Shown: positions 25,737 through 36,016, counted from the first letter of the stretch. The stretch is DNA of 64,000 nt from an uncultured Haloferula sp. (GCA_965652295.1 CBFGTS010000016.1:1-64000); one strand, 5' to 3'. The notes: generated from the sequence alone by a model not told the origin. Numbers and translations are program-made.

Positions 25737-28268
25737 ATGCACTCCCTGTCGCGTTGCTCGTCATTCCTTCAGTGTCGGAAACACTGCCTGTCAGGTTTTC
25801 CTCCGGCGTTTTTCGCAGTGGCATTTCCGCTACTTGCCATCGCTTCTTTCGCTGCGGTCGATGCCACTCTCTCCAGCGGCAGCATCAGCAGTGTTTCGGT
25901 CACTCCGCTGACCGTCGATGTCACCGGACTCGTCTCCGGTGAAACCGTGTTGGTGGAACGCTATACGGATCTCGATGGCGATAGCCTCGTGGGAGCCGGC
26001 GATCTTCTCGTCCAATCCTCCACCCTGACCGACGGTGCGGTGTTTTCGATCGGCGGAGTGCGCAACATCCATGTCCCCGGCGATGAGGACGGCGTGGCCA
26101 ATGGGCAGATTTCGGCCCATTTCGCCATCGCCAGCGGTCCGGAAGTCGGCCGCGTCGCCAGTCCCCAGCTGATCCGGATATCGAGCCCCACCTCCAGTTT
26201 TCCGCCCCTCACCCGCACTCTCACGGTCACCAATCCCGCCCAAGCCCAGGCTATCACCGGCACCGTGGCCAGCGGCGGCGTGCCTGTTCCCGGTGCCGGA
26301 GTCATCTTGCTGCAGGCGGAGGACGATGACGGCGAATTCGTCCTCGGAGGGCAAGCCGACATCAACGGCAGCTTCTCAATCCCGGCTCCTCCGGGCGACT
26401 ACATCGTTTTCGCCGTCAGTCCGGGCTACGTGGCCGACCTGAGTGAGACCTCCGCCTCCCTCACGAGTGGCGTCAACACGATCGCCGACGTCTCGCTGAT
26501 CGCCGCGACCCGCACCCTCTCTGGAAAAATCGCCGATGCCGATACCGCCGCTGGATTGCCCGGCGTGCAGCTTTTCATCGGATCGGAAGACAATCTCGTC
26601 GCCCTTGCCAGCACCGATTCCGCCGGCAACTACAGTGTGGCCGTCACCGCCGATGCCTGGGAGGTGGAGGTGGGCGAAACCTCCCTGATTCCGCTCGGCT
26701 ACCTGGCGGTCGATTCCCCGATCTTCGGCGACACGACCGCGGGCAACGCGACCGGCGTCGACGCCAGTTTCAGCAAGGTCAACGCGCTCGTGGCAGGCCA
26801 CGTGACCGACACTGAGGATGCTCCGGTTGCGGGCGTACGAGTGTTCGCCGGTATCGATGGCCTGAACACCCACGGCGACATCACCACCGACGACGCCGGA
26901 TATTATGTGGCCCCTCTCGTGGCCGGCCTGGTCCACATCGGCGTCAACAATGACGACCTCGTCGGCTACGTCGCATCTGGGGGCGAGTCGCTCACCCTCG
27001 CCGCCGGTGAGGCCGCCACCCGCGACTTTATTCTCGAAGCGGTGACCGCCCACCTTGAAGGCACGGTCGTCACCGTCGATGATACTCCGGTCGCCGGCAT
27101 CCGTTTGAGTGCTTACAAACACGAAGCGAACCAGAACGCCGTGGTTGTCACCGGCACCGACGGTACGTTTGATCTCGGCGTCACCGCCGGCAGCTGGACG
27201 CTCCAGCTTGAGACCAGCAGCGCTGCTGAATTCAACGTGCTCGGTTCGTCCATCGACCAGACGCTCGTCGATGGGCAAACGGTCGCCGGCATCGAAATCG
27301 TCGTGGCCACCGTCACCGCGCAGATCGATGGGGTGGTCAGGGACTCCAGCCTTCAACCTCTGGCCAACGTCAACGTCCATGGCACCGCGCTCGTCGATGG
27401 CGTGTCATTCACCAGCAACACCGAAACCGACGGCACCGGCTATTATCAGCTTCCCGTCATCAACGGCACCTGGGAGGTCGGCGTGTTTTCCCCCGATTCC
27501 GGCAACGCCCCCTCGCAGAATACCGTCATCGCCGGCTCCAACCAAACGCTCAACTTCACCCTTTCGAACGCGCCGGTCATCCAGACGCATCCCACCGACG
27601 AAGTGGTCAGCCCAGGGCAGACGTTTGTATTTTCCATCGGCCTGAGCAGCAGCGACCCGGTGACCTATCAGTGGCAGGTCTCGACCGACGGCGGCGGCAC
27701 GTGGACCGATCTCACCGAAGCCGCGCCCTACAGCACGGTGACGTCCAACGTCCTCAACGTCACCGCCAACTCCGGCCTGAACGGCTATCGGTACCGCTGT
27801 GTTGTCGCCAGCATTGCCCACCCCTCCGAGACCGCCACCAGCAACGCCGCGACCCTTACGATCCTCACCACCTTCGCTGCGTTCCAGAGCCAGTATTTCA
27901 CCATCGGCGAACAGGCCGACGACGCCGTCAGCGGGCCGAGTGCCGACCCCGATGCCGACGGGTTGGTCAACCTGCTTGAGTTCGCCTTCAACCTGCACCC
28001 CAAGGTCGCCGACGCCAACGCCCAGCCGGTCGTCGGTCGCTCAAGCAACCACCTCACTCTCACCTACGTGCGCCGGACGGATGTGAGCCTCAACTACATC
28101 GTCGAAGTGAGCGGCGATCTCGGACCCTGGCAGGCCGGTGGGGGTTTCACCGAGGAAGTCTCGACCACGCCTATCGACGATCAGACGGAGTCCGTGACCG
28201 TGCGCGATCTGAGCCTGATTTCAGGCAACTCCCGCCGTTTCATGCGCCTCCATGTCTACGTGCCGTAG
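25737..28268 (+). CDS. Secreted/surface protein: carboxypeptidase-regulatory-like repeats, Ig-like domain, verrucomicrobial C-terminal domain
   Basis: Repeated (I/L)xGxV...P(V/L)xGV...TDxxGxYx beta-sandwich units; TYQWQVSTDGGGTW...YRYRCVV Ig domain; DPDADGLVNLLEFAF...RRFMRLHV; start uncertain. Confidence 0.8.
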   Translation: MHSLSRCSSFLQCRKHCLSGFPPAFFAVAFPLLAIASFAAVDATLSSGSISSVSVTPLTVDVTGLVSGETVLVERYTDLDGDSLVGAGDLLVQSSTLTDGAVFSIGGVRNIHVPGDEDGVANGQISAHFAIASGPEVGRVASPQLIRISSPTSSFPPLTRTLTVTNPAQAQAITGTVASGGVPVPGAGVILLQAEDDDGEFVLGGQADINGSFSIPAPPGDYIVFAVSPGYVADLSETSASLTSGVNTIADVSLIAATRTLSGKIADADTAAGLPGVQLFIGSEDNLVALASTDSAGNYSVAVTADAWEVEVGETSLIPLGYLAVDSPIFGDTTAGNATGVDASFSKVNALVAGHVTDTEDAPVAGVRVFAGIDGLNTHGDITTDDAGYYVAPLVAGLVHIGVNNDDLVGYVASGGESLTLAAGEAATRDFILEAVTAHLEGTVVTVDDTPVAGIRLSAYKHEANQNAVVVTGTDGTFDLGVTAGSWTLQLETSSAAEFNVLGSSIDQTLVDGQTVAGIEIVVATVTAQIDGVVRDSSLQPLANVNVHGTALVDGVSFTSNTETDGTGYYQLPVINGTWEVGVFSPDSGNAPSQNTVIAGSNQTLNFTLSNAPVIQTHPTDEVVSPGQTFVFSIGLSSSDPVTYQWQVSTDGGGTWTDLTEAAPYSTVTSNVLNVTANSGLNGYRYRCVVASIAHPSETATSNAATLTILTTFAAFQSQYFTIGEQADDAVSGPSADPDADGLVNLLEFAFNLHPKVADANAQPVVGRSSNHLTLTYVRRTDVSLNYIVEVSGDLGPWQAGGGFTEEVSTTPIDDQTESVTVRDLSLISGNSRRFMRLHVYVP

Positions 28269-28615
28269 TCGTGAAACGGCAAATCGAGCTGCGAGTGCAT
28301 GTGGATGCCCAAGGATGCAGAACCACTGCGTTCCAAGTGGGAGAGTGAACGGAGCGATGCTTTGTGGTTTGGATTTCCTGAGCTTTTCGCGTCGGACCGC
28401 CGTTGGGGGGCTCTGAAAGATCCTAGCTTGGAATTACGATGCAATAATTACAACCATGGTCCAACGTCGAATGTAGCTGGAAGGATTACTTGGGAAATTT
28501 CCGCTGGTAGTCCTGCTCGGAGAAATTCTCGATGACCGCCAGGCCGGTCTGCGGAAGGCGCTGCGGTATCGATGGAAAATCCAGCTTCCCCAGATGGTTC
28601 CGGCGGATGCGGACG

Positions 28616-29518
28616 CTACCCGATCGGCTTGATCTCGTAGCGGCTGGAAATGCCTTCGATGTCGTGATGGAACCAAAAGGCGTCGGGTGAATGGGTGCGG
28701 AGGGAGTCGAGTACCGCCGGCAGTTCCTCGTGGGTGATGATCGTGCGAACGAGGCGAATCGGCTCGGAGGAATATCCTCCAACGGCATCTTGAAGCGTGA
28801 AGGTACGGTGCGGTGCGACCTCGCGGATCGCTTCGCCCAGTGCGTTCGGGTCTTTCCCGAAGGCGGTCAGAACCACCAGCTTGAACTTCCGGAAGAAATT
28901 GTTCAGCGTTTCCGCCGAGGTGAAGATGTAGATGGCGGTATACATCAGGGTGTTGATCACCGGTTCGATGTTGCCGCTTTTCAGATAAGCCAATGTGAGG
29001 CCGTAGATCGTAGAAACGGTGGCCGCCGCAATGGCGACGTTGCCGACGGGCTTGAGGTATCGCATCGCGAACCACGCCGCGAGAACATCCTCATCGCCCG
29101 TCGAGCCGCGGAGCCTCAGGGAAAGCGCCTTCGCCAGTCCGGCTAGGATGCCGCCGAAGAGAACGAGCAGGATGCGTTCATTGTGTGGTTCGGGATTGGC
29201 GAATTCCAAGGCCGGGAGAAACGCCAATCCGACCACAACGGAAACGACGGTGAGCATGGTTCGAATAGCGAAGGTGCGGCTGATCTTGACGAACGCGAAG
29301 ACGGTTAGCACTGCCTGCGCTGCGATGTAGATGACAAGGAAGAGTTTCGGCTGATCGAAAAAATAGGCCGTGGCTGCGGCGATTCCCTCGAAGCCGGTGA
29401 GGATGACTTCTGCGGGGAAGACGAAGTATTTCAATGCCCCCGCATAGATTAGGCCGGCTCCGCAAACGCCGAGGCATTCAGACAGTGGGCGGAGACGTGA
29501 CAAAAGGTGAGTCTTCAT
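28616..29518 (-). CDS. YitT family membrane protein (DUF161 + DUF2179)
   Basis: LFGGILAG, GSTGDEDVLA, GGYS, PDAF C-terminal motifs; start 29518 or 29536. Confidence 0.82.
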   Translation of the reverse strand: MKTHLLSRLRPLSECLGVCGAGLIYAGALKYFVFPAEVILTGFEGIAAATAYFFDQPKLFLVIYIAAQAVLTVFAFVKISRTFAIRTMLTVVSVVVGLAFLPALEFANPEPHNERILLVLFGGILAGLAKALSLRLRGSTGDEDVLAAWFAMRYLKPVGNVAIAAATVSTIYGLTLAYLKSGNIEPVINTLMYTAIYIFTSAETLNNFFRKFKLVVLTAFGKDPNALGEAIREVAPHRTFTLQDAVGGYSSEPIRLVRTIITHEELPAVLDSLRTHSPDAFWFHHDIEGISSRYEIKPIG

Positions 29519-29628
29519 GATCGGCGACGCGGACATCCCACCAGACGTGATTTCCGGCGAAGGTCAAGGGCGGGAGGGAGGTTTTCGCTTGGTCCCAAAA
29601 CCGGGGAAGGAACGCCTGTTTCGCCTTC

Positions 29629-31896
29629 TCAAAACTCATGCCGTAGGCCCATGACCAGGCCGCGGCCGGGGAGGGGGGCGACGTCCTTGCGGAAGGAGGT
29701 GGAAATGCGGGCGTCCTCGTCGAGCAGGTTGAGGGCGCGGAGGAAGACGGTGAGATCGCCGCCGCGCGGCAGGGTGAAGGTGTGGGCAAGGTCGGCGTTG
29801 ACGAGGGTGTAGGCATCGGTCGGGAGTTCGGCGCGCGGGGCGGGCTTCACGCGGTCCTGGGCGGCGGCGTAGCGGATTTCGAGACCGGCGGTGGTGTTGC
29901 CGCGGGTCCATTCGAGGCGGGTGCCGATGCGAAACGGCGGCATGCGGGGCAGGGGTTCGTCATCGGTTTCATTGTGGCCGCGCACGTAGTCGGTCATCAG
30001 CGAGAGATCGAGCTGGTCGGTTTCCCCGGTGTAGAGGTGCCAGTCGAGTTCGCTTTCGAAGCCGGTGAAGGTGGCTTCGCGACCGATGTACTGGATCGCG
30101 CGTCCGAAGCCGCCGGTGAGCTGCGGCGCTTCCTGGAGGAAAATGAAGTTTTCGAAGTCGTAGTGGTAGACGTTGAGCCGGAAATCGATGGGATCGCGGC
30201 TCAGCGCGACACCCAGCTCGATGCCGGTGGATTCCTCGTTTCCCAACGGGGTGCCGTCGAGGTCGCCGCCGATGAGGAAACGGCCGACACCAGCGTTGCT
30301 CCAGAACGCCCAGCGTTCGGCGGCGGTGGGGAGGCGCTCGGTGGCGGAAAGGGTGCCGGTGAGCTTGAGGCGGTCGAGGCCGGGGACGGTGTCGCAGGTC
30401 CAGCCGCCGGTGAGCGCGTGGCTGAAGGATTCGCCGGACTCGCGGGTGAGGATGCCGAACTCGGCCAGCGAATCGTCCCTCAGTGTCTGGAAATCCGCCC
30501 GGCTGCCGAGCTGAAGGCTCCAAGGGCCGTCCTCGTAGCGCTCCAGGAGAAAGAACCCGAGGTTCTCCGTGTCGAAATTCGTCCGCACGCGGAAGCTGGG
30601 GGGGACGAGGCGGAAGGTGGTGAGGCCTTCGTGAAGGGTCTGCACGCCGAACACGCCGCTGAGCCGGCCGTCGAGGGCTTCATGGCGGAGATCGACGCGG
30701 GATTCGAGCGCGTCCTTTTCGATGGCGGTGTCCACCACCTTGCGCCCGAGGTCTTTCCCGACTCCGGAGAAATGCTCGTCGTGGCGGTAGGCGGCATAGG
30801 CGAGGCGGGCGTCGATGCGGGTGAAACCGAAGCGGTCGAGCTCCAGGCCGGCCTGAAGGTCGAGGCGGTCCTGCCGGGCCTCGATACTAGAAACGCCGTA
30901 GAAGTCGGTGGGGTCGCCGGCATAGAGGTAGGGCAGTCCATAGAGGGCGTCATAGTGGGACCACGCGGCCCCGAGGTAACCGCGGTTGTCCTCCGGCACC
31001 CAGGAGAGGCCGAGGGAGAGGGTGGCGACGTCACTGGCGGTGTTCGGCAGCGTGCCGGATGGATTGGGAACGGGGACGGGTGAGCCGGCGGAGGGGTCGT
31101 AGACCAGGGCGCCTTGCTCAAGGCGTTGGTAGTCGGCGGTGCGGGCGCGGCCGGGAATGGAAACGTCGCCATCCTCGCGCCAGGAGCCGGTGAGAGAGAG
31201 GTGCAGCTCCTTTTCCCGCAGGGTGAACCAGGCGGAGCTGGCGGTGCCATCGGTGGCGGTATCGAAACGCTGTTCGACGGCACCGGTGATGCGGGGCTCG
31301 GAGTATTCGCGGGCGAGGACACGGGTGCGGGCATTGACGGCACCGCCGATCGAAGAATTCCCGTAGAGCAGGGCGGCGGGGCCGCGGTGGATCTCGACGC
31401 TTTCGAGCAGCAACGGATCGAGCGCCACGCCGTGGTCCGGGCTGATGTCGGCGATATCGAGCGTGCCGAGGTCGTCGCGCAGCATGCGGACGCGCACGCC
31501 TTCGAGACCGCGGATGACGGGCTGGCTGGAGGCGGGGCCGAAGTAGGTGGAGGAAACGCCGGGTTGCCAGCCGAGGGTTTCGCCGAGGGTGGCGGCGGCC
31601 TGACGTTTCAGGGCCTCTCCGCTGAGAATGCTGACGCTGCCGGGCGAGAATTCCGCCAGGCTGAAGACGGGCGGGGCGTCGTCGCTGGTGGTTTCGATGA
31701 CGAGGGTTTCGAGCGTGAGGGGGGGGTCCGTTTCGGAGGCGTCGAGGACCAAGGGCTCCAGAGCCTGAATGTCGGCATCCGCTGCTTCATCGACGGTAAG
31801 CTCCAGCGGCTCGATGAAATCCTGCGCGGCGACTGAAAGGAAAAGTGCCGGCACGAGGGCGACCTGGATTTTGATGCACACGGACTGTTTCTGCAT
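29629..31896 (-). CDS. TonB-dependent receptor, ZnuD-like
   Basis: TLGETL..PGVSSTYFGPASSQPVIRGL, SPDHGV, GPAALLYG plug; LPRMPPFRIG; SFRKDVAPLPGRG; terminal Phe. Confidence 0.9.
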   Translation of the reverse strand: MQKQSVCIKIQVALVPALFLSVAAQDFIEPLELTVDEAADADIQALEPLVLDASETDPPLTLETLVIETTSDDAPPVFSLAEFSPGSVSILSGEALKRQAAATLGETLGWQPGVSSTYFGPASSQPVIRGLEGVRVRMLRDDLGTLDIADISPDHGVALDPLLLESVEIHRGPAALLYGNSSIGGAVNARTRVLAREYSEPRITGAVEQRFDTATDGTASSAWFTLREKELHLSLTGSWREDGDVSIPGRARTADYQRLEQGALVYDPSAGSPVPVPNPSGTLPNTASDVATLSLGLSWVPEDNRGYLGAAWSHYDALYGLPYLYAGDPTDFYGVSSIEARQDRLDLQAGLELDRFGFTRIDARLAYAAYRHDEHFSGVGKDLGRKVVDTAIEKDALESRVDLRHEALDGRLSGVFGVQTLHEGLTTFRLVPPSFRVRTNFDTENLGFFLLERYEDGPWSLQLGSRADFQTLRDDSLAEFGILTRESGESFSHALTGGWTCDTVPGLDRLKLTGTLSATERLPTAAERWAFWSNAGVGRFLIGGDLDGTPLGNEESTGIELGVALSRDPIDFRLNVYHYDFENFIFLQEAPQLTGGFGRAIQYIGREATFTGFESELDWHLYTGETDQLDLSLMTDYVRGHNETDDEPLPRMPPFRIGTRLEWTRGNTTAGLEIRYAAAQDRVKPAPRAELPTDAYTLVNADLAHTFTLPRGGDLTVFLRALNLLDEDARISTSFRKDVAPLPGRGLVMGLRHEF

Positions 31897-31906
31897 TTAA
31901 ATTGCA
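31892..31906. promoter_or_regulatory. TGCA-N7-TGCA box (Fur-family Zur/Mur-like) in the 28-bp divergent gap
   Basis: TGCATTTAAATTGCA overlapping the receptor ATG; extra TTGCAA at 31919-31924. Confidence 0.55.
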
Positions 31907-31924
31907 AAGGGAGTCAAATTGCAA

Positions 31925-33619
31925 ATGATCCGCCGCGTGAAGTACTTGCTCCCGTTTCTGTCTGTGATGGTCGCCCTTGTGATGTCGTCGGTCGCCGCAA
32001 CTCCCCCGACGGACCTGCTCTACGGTCACTACGAGATTCATGTGGACTACACGCATACTCCGGGGGACCCGGACGCAGGCTGGAGCTTTTCGATTTCCTA
32101 TGACGAGGATGATGATTTCAACAACCCGGCGGGGGTGGTGCGGCTGGACCCGACGGTGACGACTCTGGTGGCGGCCCCGAAAACCCGGCAGGTGGTGCCG
32201 AATCCGCCCGGGATCTTCTCGCGCTTTGGCCCGGCGGGGACGCGGTTGTGGGTGTTTCCGCAGACGCAGGTGCTGGGGACCGACTACCTGGGCGTGCGGA
32301 CGACGATGGCGACTGGAGTTTTCCAAGCGAGGGTGGGCTCGAACTACACGTCGACGGGCCAAGGCAGCATTTCGCTGCGTCTCATTTCCGTGACGGGCAG
32401 CGGTCCGGAGGCCGGAGGGCAGGTGGCGATTTGGAAGACGGAGACCTTTGGCTCGGCGGTGTTTTCGTTCGATACGACCGATGGGATCACGGCGGCGGAC
32501 GAGATTCCGACCATCCCGGTGACCTCCCACACTCATTACAACTGGGGCTTCACCAAGCCCGGCATCTACGAATTGGAGGTCGAGGCGGTGGGAAAACTGA
32601 TGCCGGCTTATGGGAGTACGTTGACCCGCGGGCGTGGCGTGATTCGGTTCTCGGTGCCATTTCCTTCGCGTGCCGGTGGCGGTGCGGAGTGGCGGTTGTT
32701 GGCAGGAGCGGACGGATCGCCGGATCTGGCGGTGGCGGTGCCGGCTGAGGATGTGGTCTACCCGTCCGACCGGGTTTTGTTGGAAGCGATGTCGCCGGGT
32801 AGCGGCGGCGCGGCGTGGGAAATGGAGCTGGCTCTCGATGCGAGTGCGGCGGACTTCCGGAACGGCGTGGGCCTAGACGTCGGAGCGGTGAATGCCGGAC
32901 TCGACGGGGGCGTGTGGACGGAAAGAAAGATTCGGCTCGACGAGGTCCGCGGACCTGGCGCGATGAGTTGGTTGGAGGGTGATGGCGCGGTGCTCATGGA
33001 TTCGCCGGGCGACGAGATTTCTTACAACGGGCCGCGCGCGCTGAAGGCGGTGTTTTCCGCCACCGGGCTCTATCGGGCCGGCCTCACCGTGAGTGGCCTG
33101 CGGAATGGCGAGCCGCAAGCGCGCCGGGTGGAGGTGGTGTTCGGCGCGGGTGTGCCGGTGGAGTTCGGTTACGCAGCGTGGGCGGCGAGCTTCGAAGCAA
33201 CAGGCGGGCTCGCGGCGGGCGCGTTGTCGGATCCGGAGGCGGATGGGGATGGCGATGGTGTATCGAACGGCGTGGAGTTCGCGTTCTTCTGGCACGGCCT
33301 CGATCCCACCCATCCGGATGCGGGACGCATGCCGCGGATGATCCATCGGACGGCGGAGGAGGTGCGATTCTCCTTCCTGCGCGATACTTACAAGGACCCA
33401 CTCGACGAAAGCTCATGGGAGATCCGTTCGCAGGTATCGACGAACCTCCAGAGCTGGACCACCCGTTCTTCGCGAACGCCGGGATTTCCGCTGGGTATAG
33501 TGGAAACCGGATCGCTTGATGAGGGGAATGCCCACGGACGTGTCATGGATCGCCATCTCCGGGTACGCGGCGAAGATCCTGGACGATGGTTCTTCCGCTT
33601 CCGTGTCGATGCTCCCTGA
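31925..33619 (+). CDS. Surface protein with choice-of-anchor-M/TIGR03769-like domain and verrucomicrobial C-terminal domain
   Basis: Signal peptide; GHYEIHVDY, LWVFPQTQ...YLG, SHTHYNWGFTKPGIYEL; C-terminal DGDGDGVSNGVEFAF...RWFFRFRV. Confidence 0.8.
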   Translation: MIRRVKYLLPFLSVMVALVMSSVAATPPTDLLYGHYEIHVDYTHTPGDPDAGWSFSISYDEDDDFNNPAGVVRLDPTVTTLVAAPKTRQVVPNPPGIFSRFGPAGTRLWVFPQTQVLGTDYLGVRTTMATGVFQARVGSNYTSTGQGSISLRLISVTGSGPEAGGQVAIWKTETFGSAVFSFDTTDGITAADEIPTIPVTSHTHYNWGFTKPGIYELEVEAVGKLMPAYGSTLTRGRGVIRFSVPFPSRAGGGAEWRLLAGADGSPDLAVAVPAEDVVYPSDRVLLEAMSPGSGGAAWEMELALDASAADFRNGVGLDVGAVNAGLDGGVWTERKIRLDEVRGPGAMSWLEGDGAVLMDSPGDEISYNGPRALKAVFSATGLYRAGLTVSGLRNGEPQARRVEVVFGAGVPVEFGYAAWAASFEATGGLAAGALSDPEADGDGDGVSNGVEFAFFWHGLDPTHPDAGRMPRMIHRTAEEVRFSFLRDTYKDPLDESSWEIRSQVSTNLQSWTTRSSRTPGFPLGIVETGSLDEGNAHGRVMDRHLRVRGEDPGRWFFRFRVDAP

Positions 33620-33699
33620 GCGGGAGTTAGGTTAACTTTAGCGCAAGATTTCGGCAAATCATTCTGGCGACGCGGTGGATGTGCACCTAGCCTAGTTGA

Positions 33700-34233
33700 A
33701 TGGGTGTCGAGGTGGAACCGGTGACCGAAACGAAGGGGAGTATTCCCGGTCGTAAACGGCACCTGCTGCCGCGGGTTCTGGGGATTGGAGCCACCGTTTA
33801 CCTTTCGCTGGCCGTTGCCCTCGGCATCCTTGCGGGGGTGGGGCTGTTCACCTTCGGCTATGGCAAGGGGGCGAGCTATCTCAGCAGCGATCCGGTCTCT
33901 TGCGTGAACTGCCACGTGATGGCCGGTCACTACGATACTTGGCAGAATTCCAGCCACGCCCATGTCGCGGTCTGCAACGACTGCCACCTTCCGCATCATC
34001 CGGTGATGAAATGGGTGACCAAGGCCGACAACGGCTTCTTCCATTCCCTCGCTTTCACCACCGGCGATTTCCACGAGCCGATCCAGATCAAGCCCCGCAA
34101 CCGCCGCGTGACGCAGGGAGCCTGCATGAGCTGCCATGAGGATGTCGTCCACCAGATGCTTCCGGCCGAGCCCGGCGGTGAGATGCTCCAGTGCATCCAG
34201 TGCCACCAGGACGTGGGCCATGCCCTCAAATGA
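33700..34233 (+). CDS. nrfH: Cytochrome c nitrite reductase small subunit
   Basis: TM anchor, GASYLSSDP; four CxxCH (CVNCH, CNDCH, CMSCH, CIQCH), terminal VGH. Confidence 0.93.
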   Translation: MGVEVEPVTETKGSIPGRKRHLLPRVLGIGATVYLSLAVALGILAGVGLFTFGYGKGASYLSSDPVSCVNCHVMAGHYDTWQNSSHAHVAVCNDCHLPHHPVMKWVTKADNGFFHSLAFTTGDFHEPIQIKPRNRRVTQGACMSCHEDVVHQMLPAEPGGEMLQCIQCHQDVGHALK

Positions 34234-34262
34234 CGGGAGAACCTCAAAAAAACCCAACCGAT

Positions 34263-35972
34263 ATGAGCGACGAACCAACCTCTCCGAAGAACGATACAAG
34301 CCGTAGAAACCGCCGGTGGTTTCTGGCCGTCGGTGCGCTGATCGTGATCGTGGCGCTGGGGACCTTCGGCATCACGGCCCTGCTGGTGAACATCTTCGAG
34401 CACAAGCAGGAGGCACAGCGGCCCTTCGTCCGGCTGGAGGAAGTCGATGAAACGACGACCGATCCGGTGCCGTGGGGCGTGAACTGGCCGCATCAGTTCG
34501 ACACCTACCGCCAGAGCGTGGACACCACCGAGACGACCTATGGCGGGTCGAGCGCGATGCCGGAGAGCAAGCTTGAGCAGCACCCCTGGCTGCGGCGGCT
34601 GTATTCCGGATATGCCTTCAGCATCGATTACCGCGAAGCACGTGGCCATGCCTACATGCTCCATGATCAGGAGGTGACGGAGCGCGTCGCACAAGCCCGC
34701 CAGAGCGGTGCCTGCCTGCATTGCCATGCATCGGCGATTCCGACCTATCGCCGGCTCGGACTGGAAGCGATGGGCCGGGACGCGAGCCCCGAGACCCTGG
34801 CGTCGTCTTTCGACTGGCCCGCGGTGCTGGAGGGTTTCCGCGTCGCGAGTGCGATGGACTACGCTGCGGCCCACGCCGAACTGCTGAAAACCCCGGACGG
34901 CACGCCGGGTGAGAATCTGCCGCTGTTTCCCGGAGGCTCGATCACTCCCGCAACGCCGCAGGCACCCGCTGCCGACCCGCACGCGATGGGCGAGGCCCAT
35001 CCGGTGAGCTGTGTGGATTGCCATGATCCGCGGACGATGAAGGTGCGGGTGACGCGGCCCGGCTTCGTGCTCGGGATTGCCAAGCTCGCCGAGAGCGCCG
35101 ACCCGGTGCCGCACCTGCCCAGCATCGGGCGCTGGCGCGATGGTGGCCGCAAGGACCCCTACAACCCGAACGAAATGGCGACCCGGCAGGAGATGCGCAC
35201 GATGGTCTGCGCCCAGTGCCATGTGGAATACTACTGTGCCACGAAAGAAACCCTGTTCTTCCCGTGGGGCAAGGGCCTCAAGGTGGAGGACATCGAGGCC
35301 TCCTACGACGAGCACCGTTTTGCCGATGGCTCCGAGTTCTACGACTACATCCATGGTGAAACCGGCGCTCCCGTTTACAAAGCGCAGCACCCGGAATTCG
35401 AGCTGTGGAGCCAGGGCGTCCATGCGCGGGCCGGGGTGAGCTGCACGGACTGCCACATGCCCTACGAGCGCGCCGGCGCGATGAAGGTGACCAACCACTG
35501 GGTGCGCAGCCCGAAGCTCAACATCAACAACGCCTGCCAGACCTGCCACAACGTTTCCGAAGACGAGCTGCGGGACCGGATCAACACCATCCAGGATCGG
35601 ACGGTGCGGCTGCAGGAACGGGCGGCGGAGGCGATGACCGACATGCTCGACGCCATCCGCAGCGCCCAGGCCGCGGGTGCCGCGGAGGAACAACTCGAAG
35701 AAATCTTCGATCTCCAGAAGAAGGCGATGTGGCGGCTCGATTTCATCAGCAGCGAGAACTCGAAGGGCTTTCACGCCGACCAGGAGTCGGCGCGGATTCT
35801 CGCCGAATCGATCGACTTCAGCCGAAAGGCCCAAGCGCTCGCGATCTACCTCCGCGCTCCGCAAACTCCGCCCGCGCAGACGCCCGCGGAGCCGGTGCAC
35901 GGGGTCACCCCTACGGAAAGTGCGCCGCCGGCTCCATCGACGACCCCACCCGTGGCACCTGTCGATCCGTGA
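34263..35972 (+). CDS. nrfA: Ammonia-forming cytochrome c552 nitrite reductase (CxxCH-type heme 1)
   Basis: DYREARGHAY, five heme motifs CLHCH/CVDCH/CAQCH/CTDCH/CQTCH, CHVEYY, KAQHPEFE, ENSKGFHA. Confidence 0.94.
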   Translation: MSDEPTSPKNDTSRRNRRWFLAVGALIVIVALGTFGITALLVNIFEHKQEAQRPFVRLEEVDETTTDPVPWGVNWPHQFDTYRQSVDTTETTYGGSSAMPESKLEQHPWLRRLYSGYAFSIDYREARGHAYMLHDQEVTERVAQARQSGACLHCHASAIPTYRRLGLEAMGRDASPETLASSFDWPAVLEGFRVASAMDYAAAHAELLKTPDGTPGENLPLFPGGSITPATPQAPAADPHAMGEAHPVSCVDCHDPRTMKVRVTRPGFVLGIAKLAESADPVPHLPSIGRWRDGGRKDPYNPNEMATRQEMRTMVCAQCHVEYYCATKETLFFPWGKGLKVEDIEASYDEHRFADGSEFYDYIHGETGAPVYKAQHPEFELWSQGVHARAGVSCTDCHMPYERAGAMKVTNHWVRSPKLNINNACQTCHNVSEDELRDRINTIQDRTVRLQERAAEAMTDMLDAIRSAQAAGAAEEQLEEIFDLQKKAMWRLDFISSENSKGFHADQESARILAESIDFSRKAQALAIYLRAPQTPPAQTPAEPVHGVTPTESAPPAPSTTPPVAPVDP

Positions 35973-35983
35973 GCTGCGGGTTC

Positions 35984-36016
35984 AAAAAAGGCGGGACCGG
36001 TTTCCCGATCCCGCCT
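35984..36016 (-). terminator. Intrinsic terminator between convergent nrfA and the PEP-CTERM gene
   Basis: Minus strand AGGCGGGATCGG-GAAA-CCGGTCCCGCCT followed by a T run. Confidence 0.8.
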
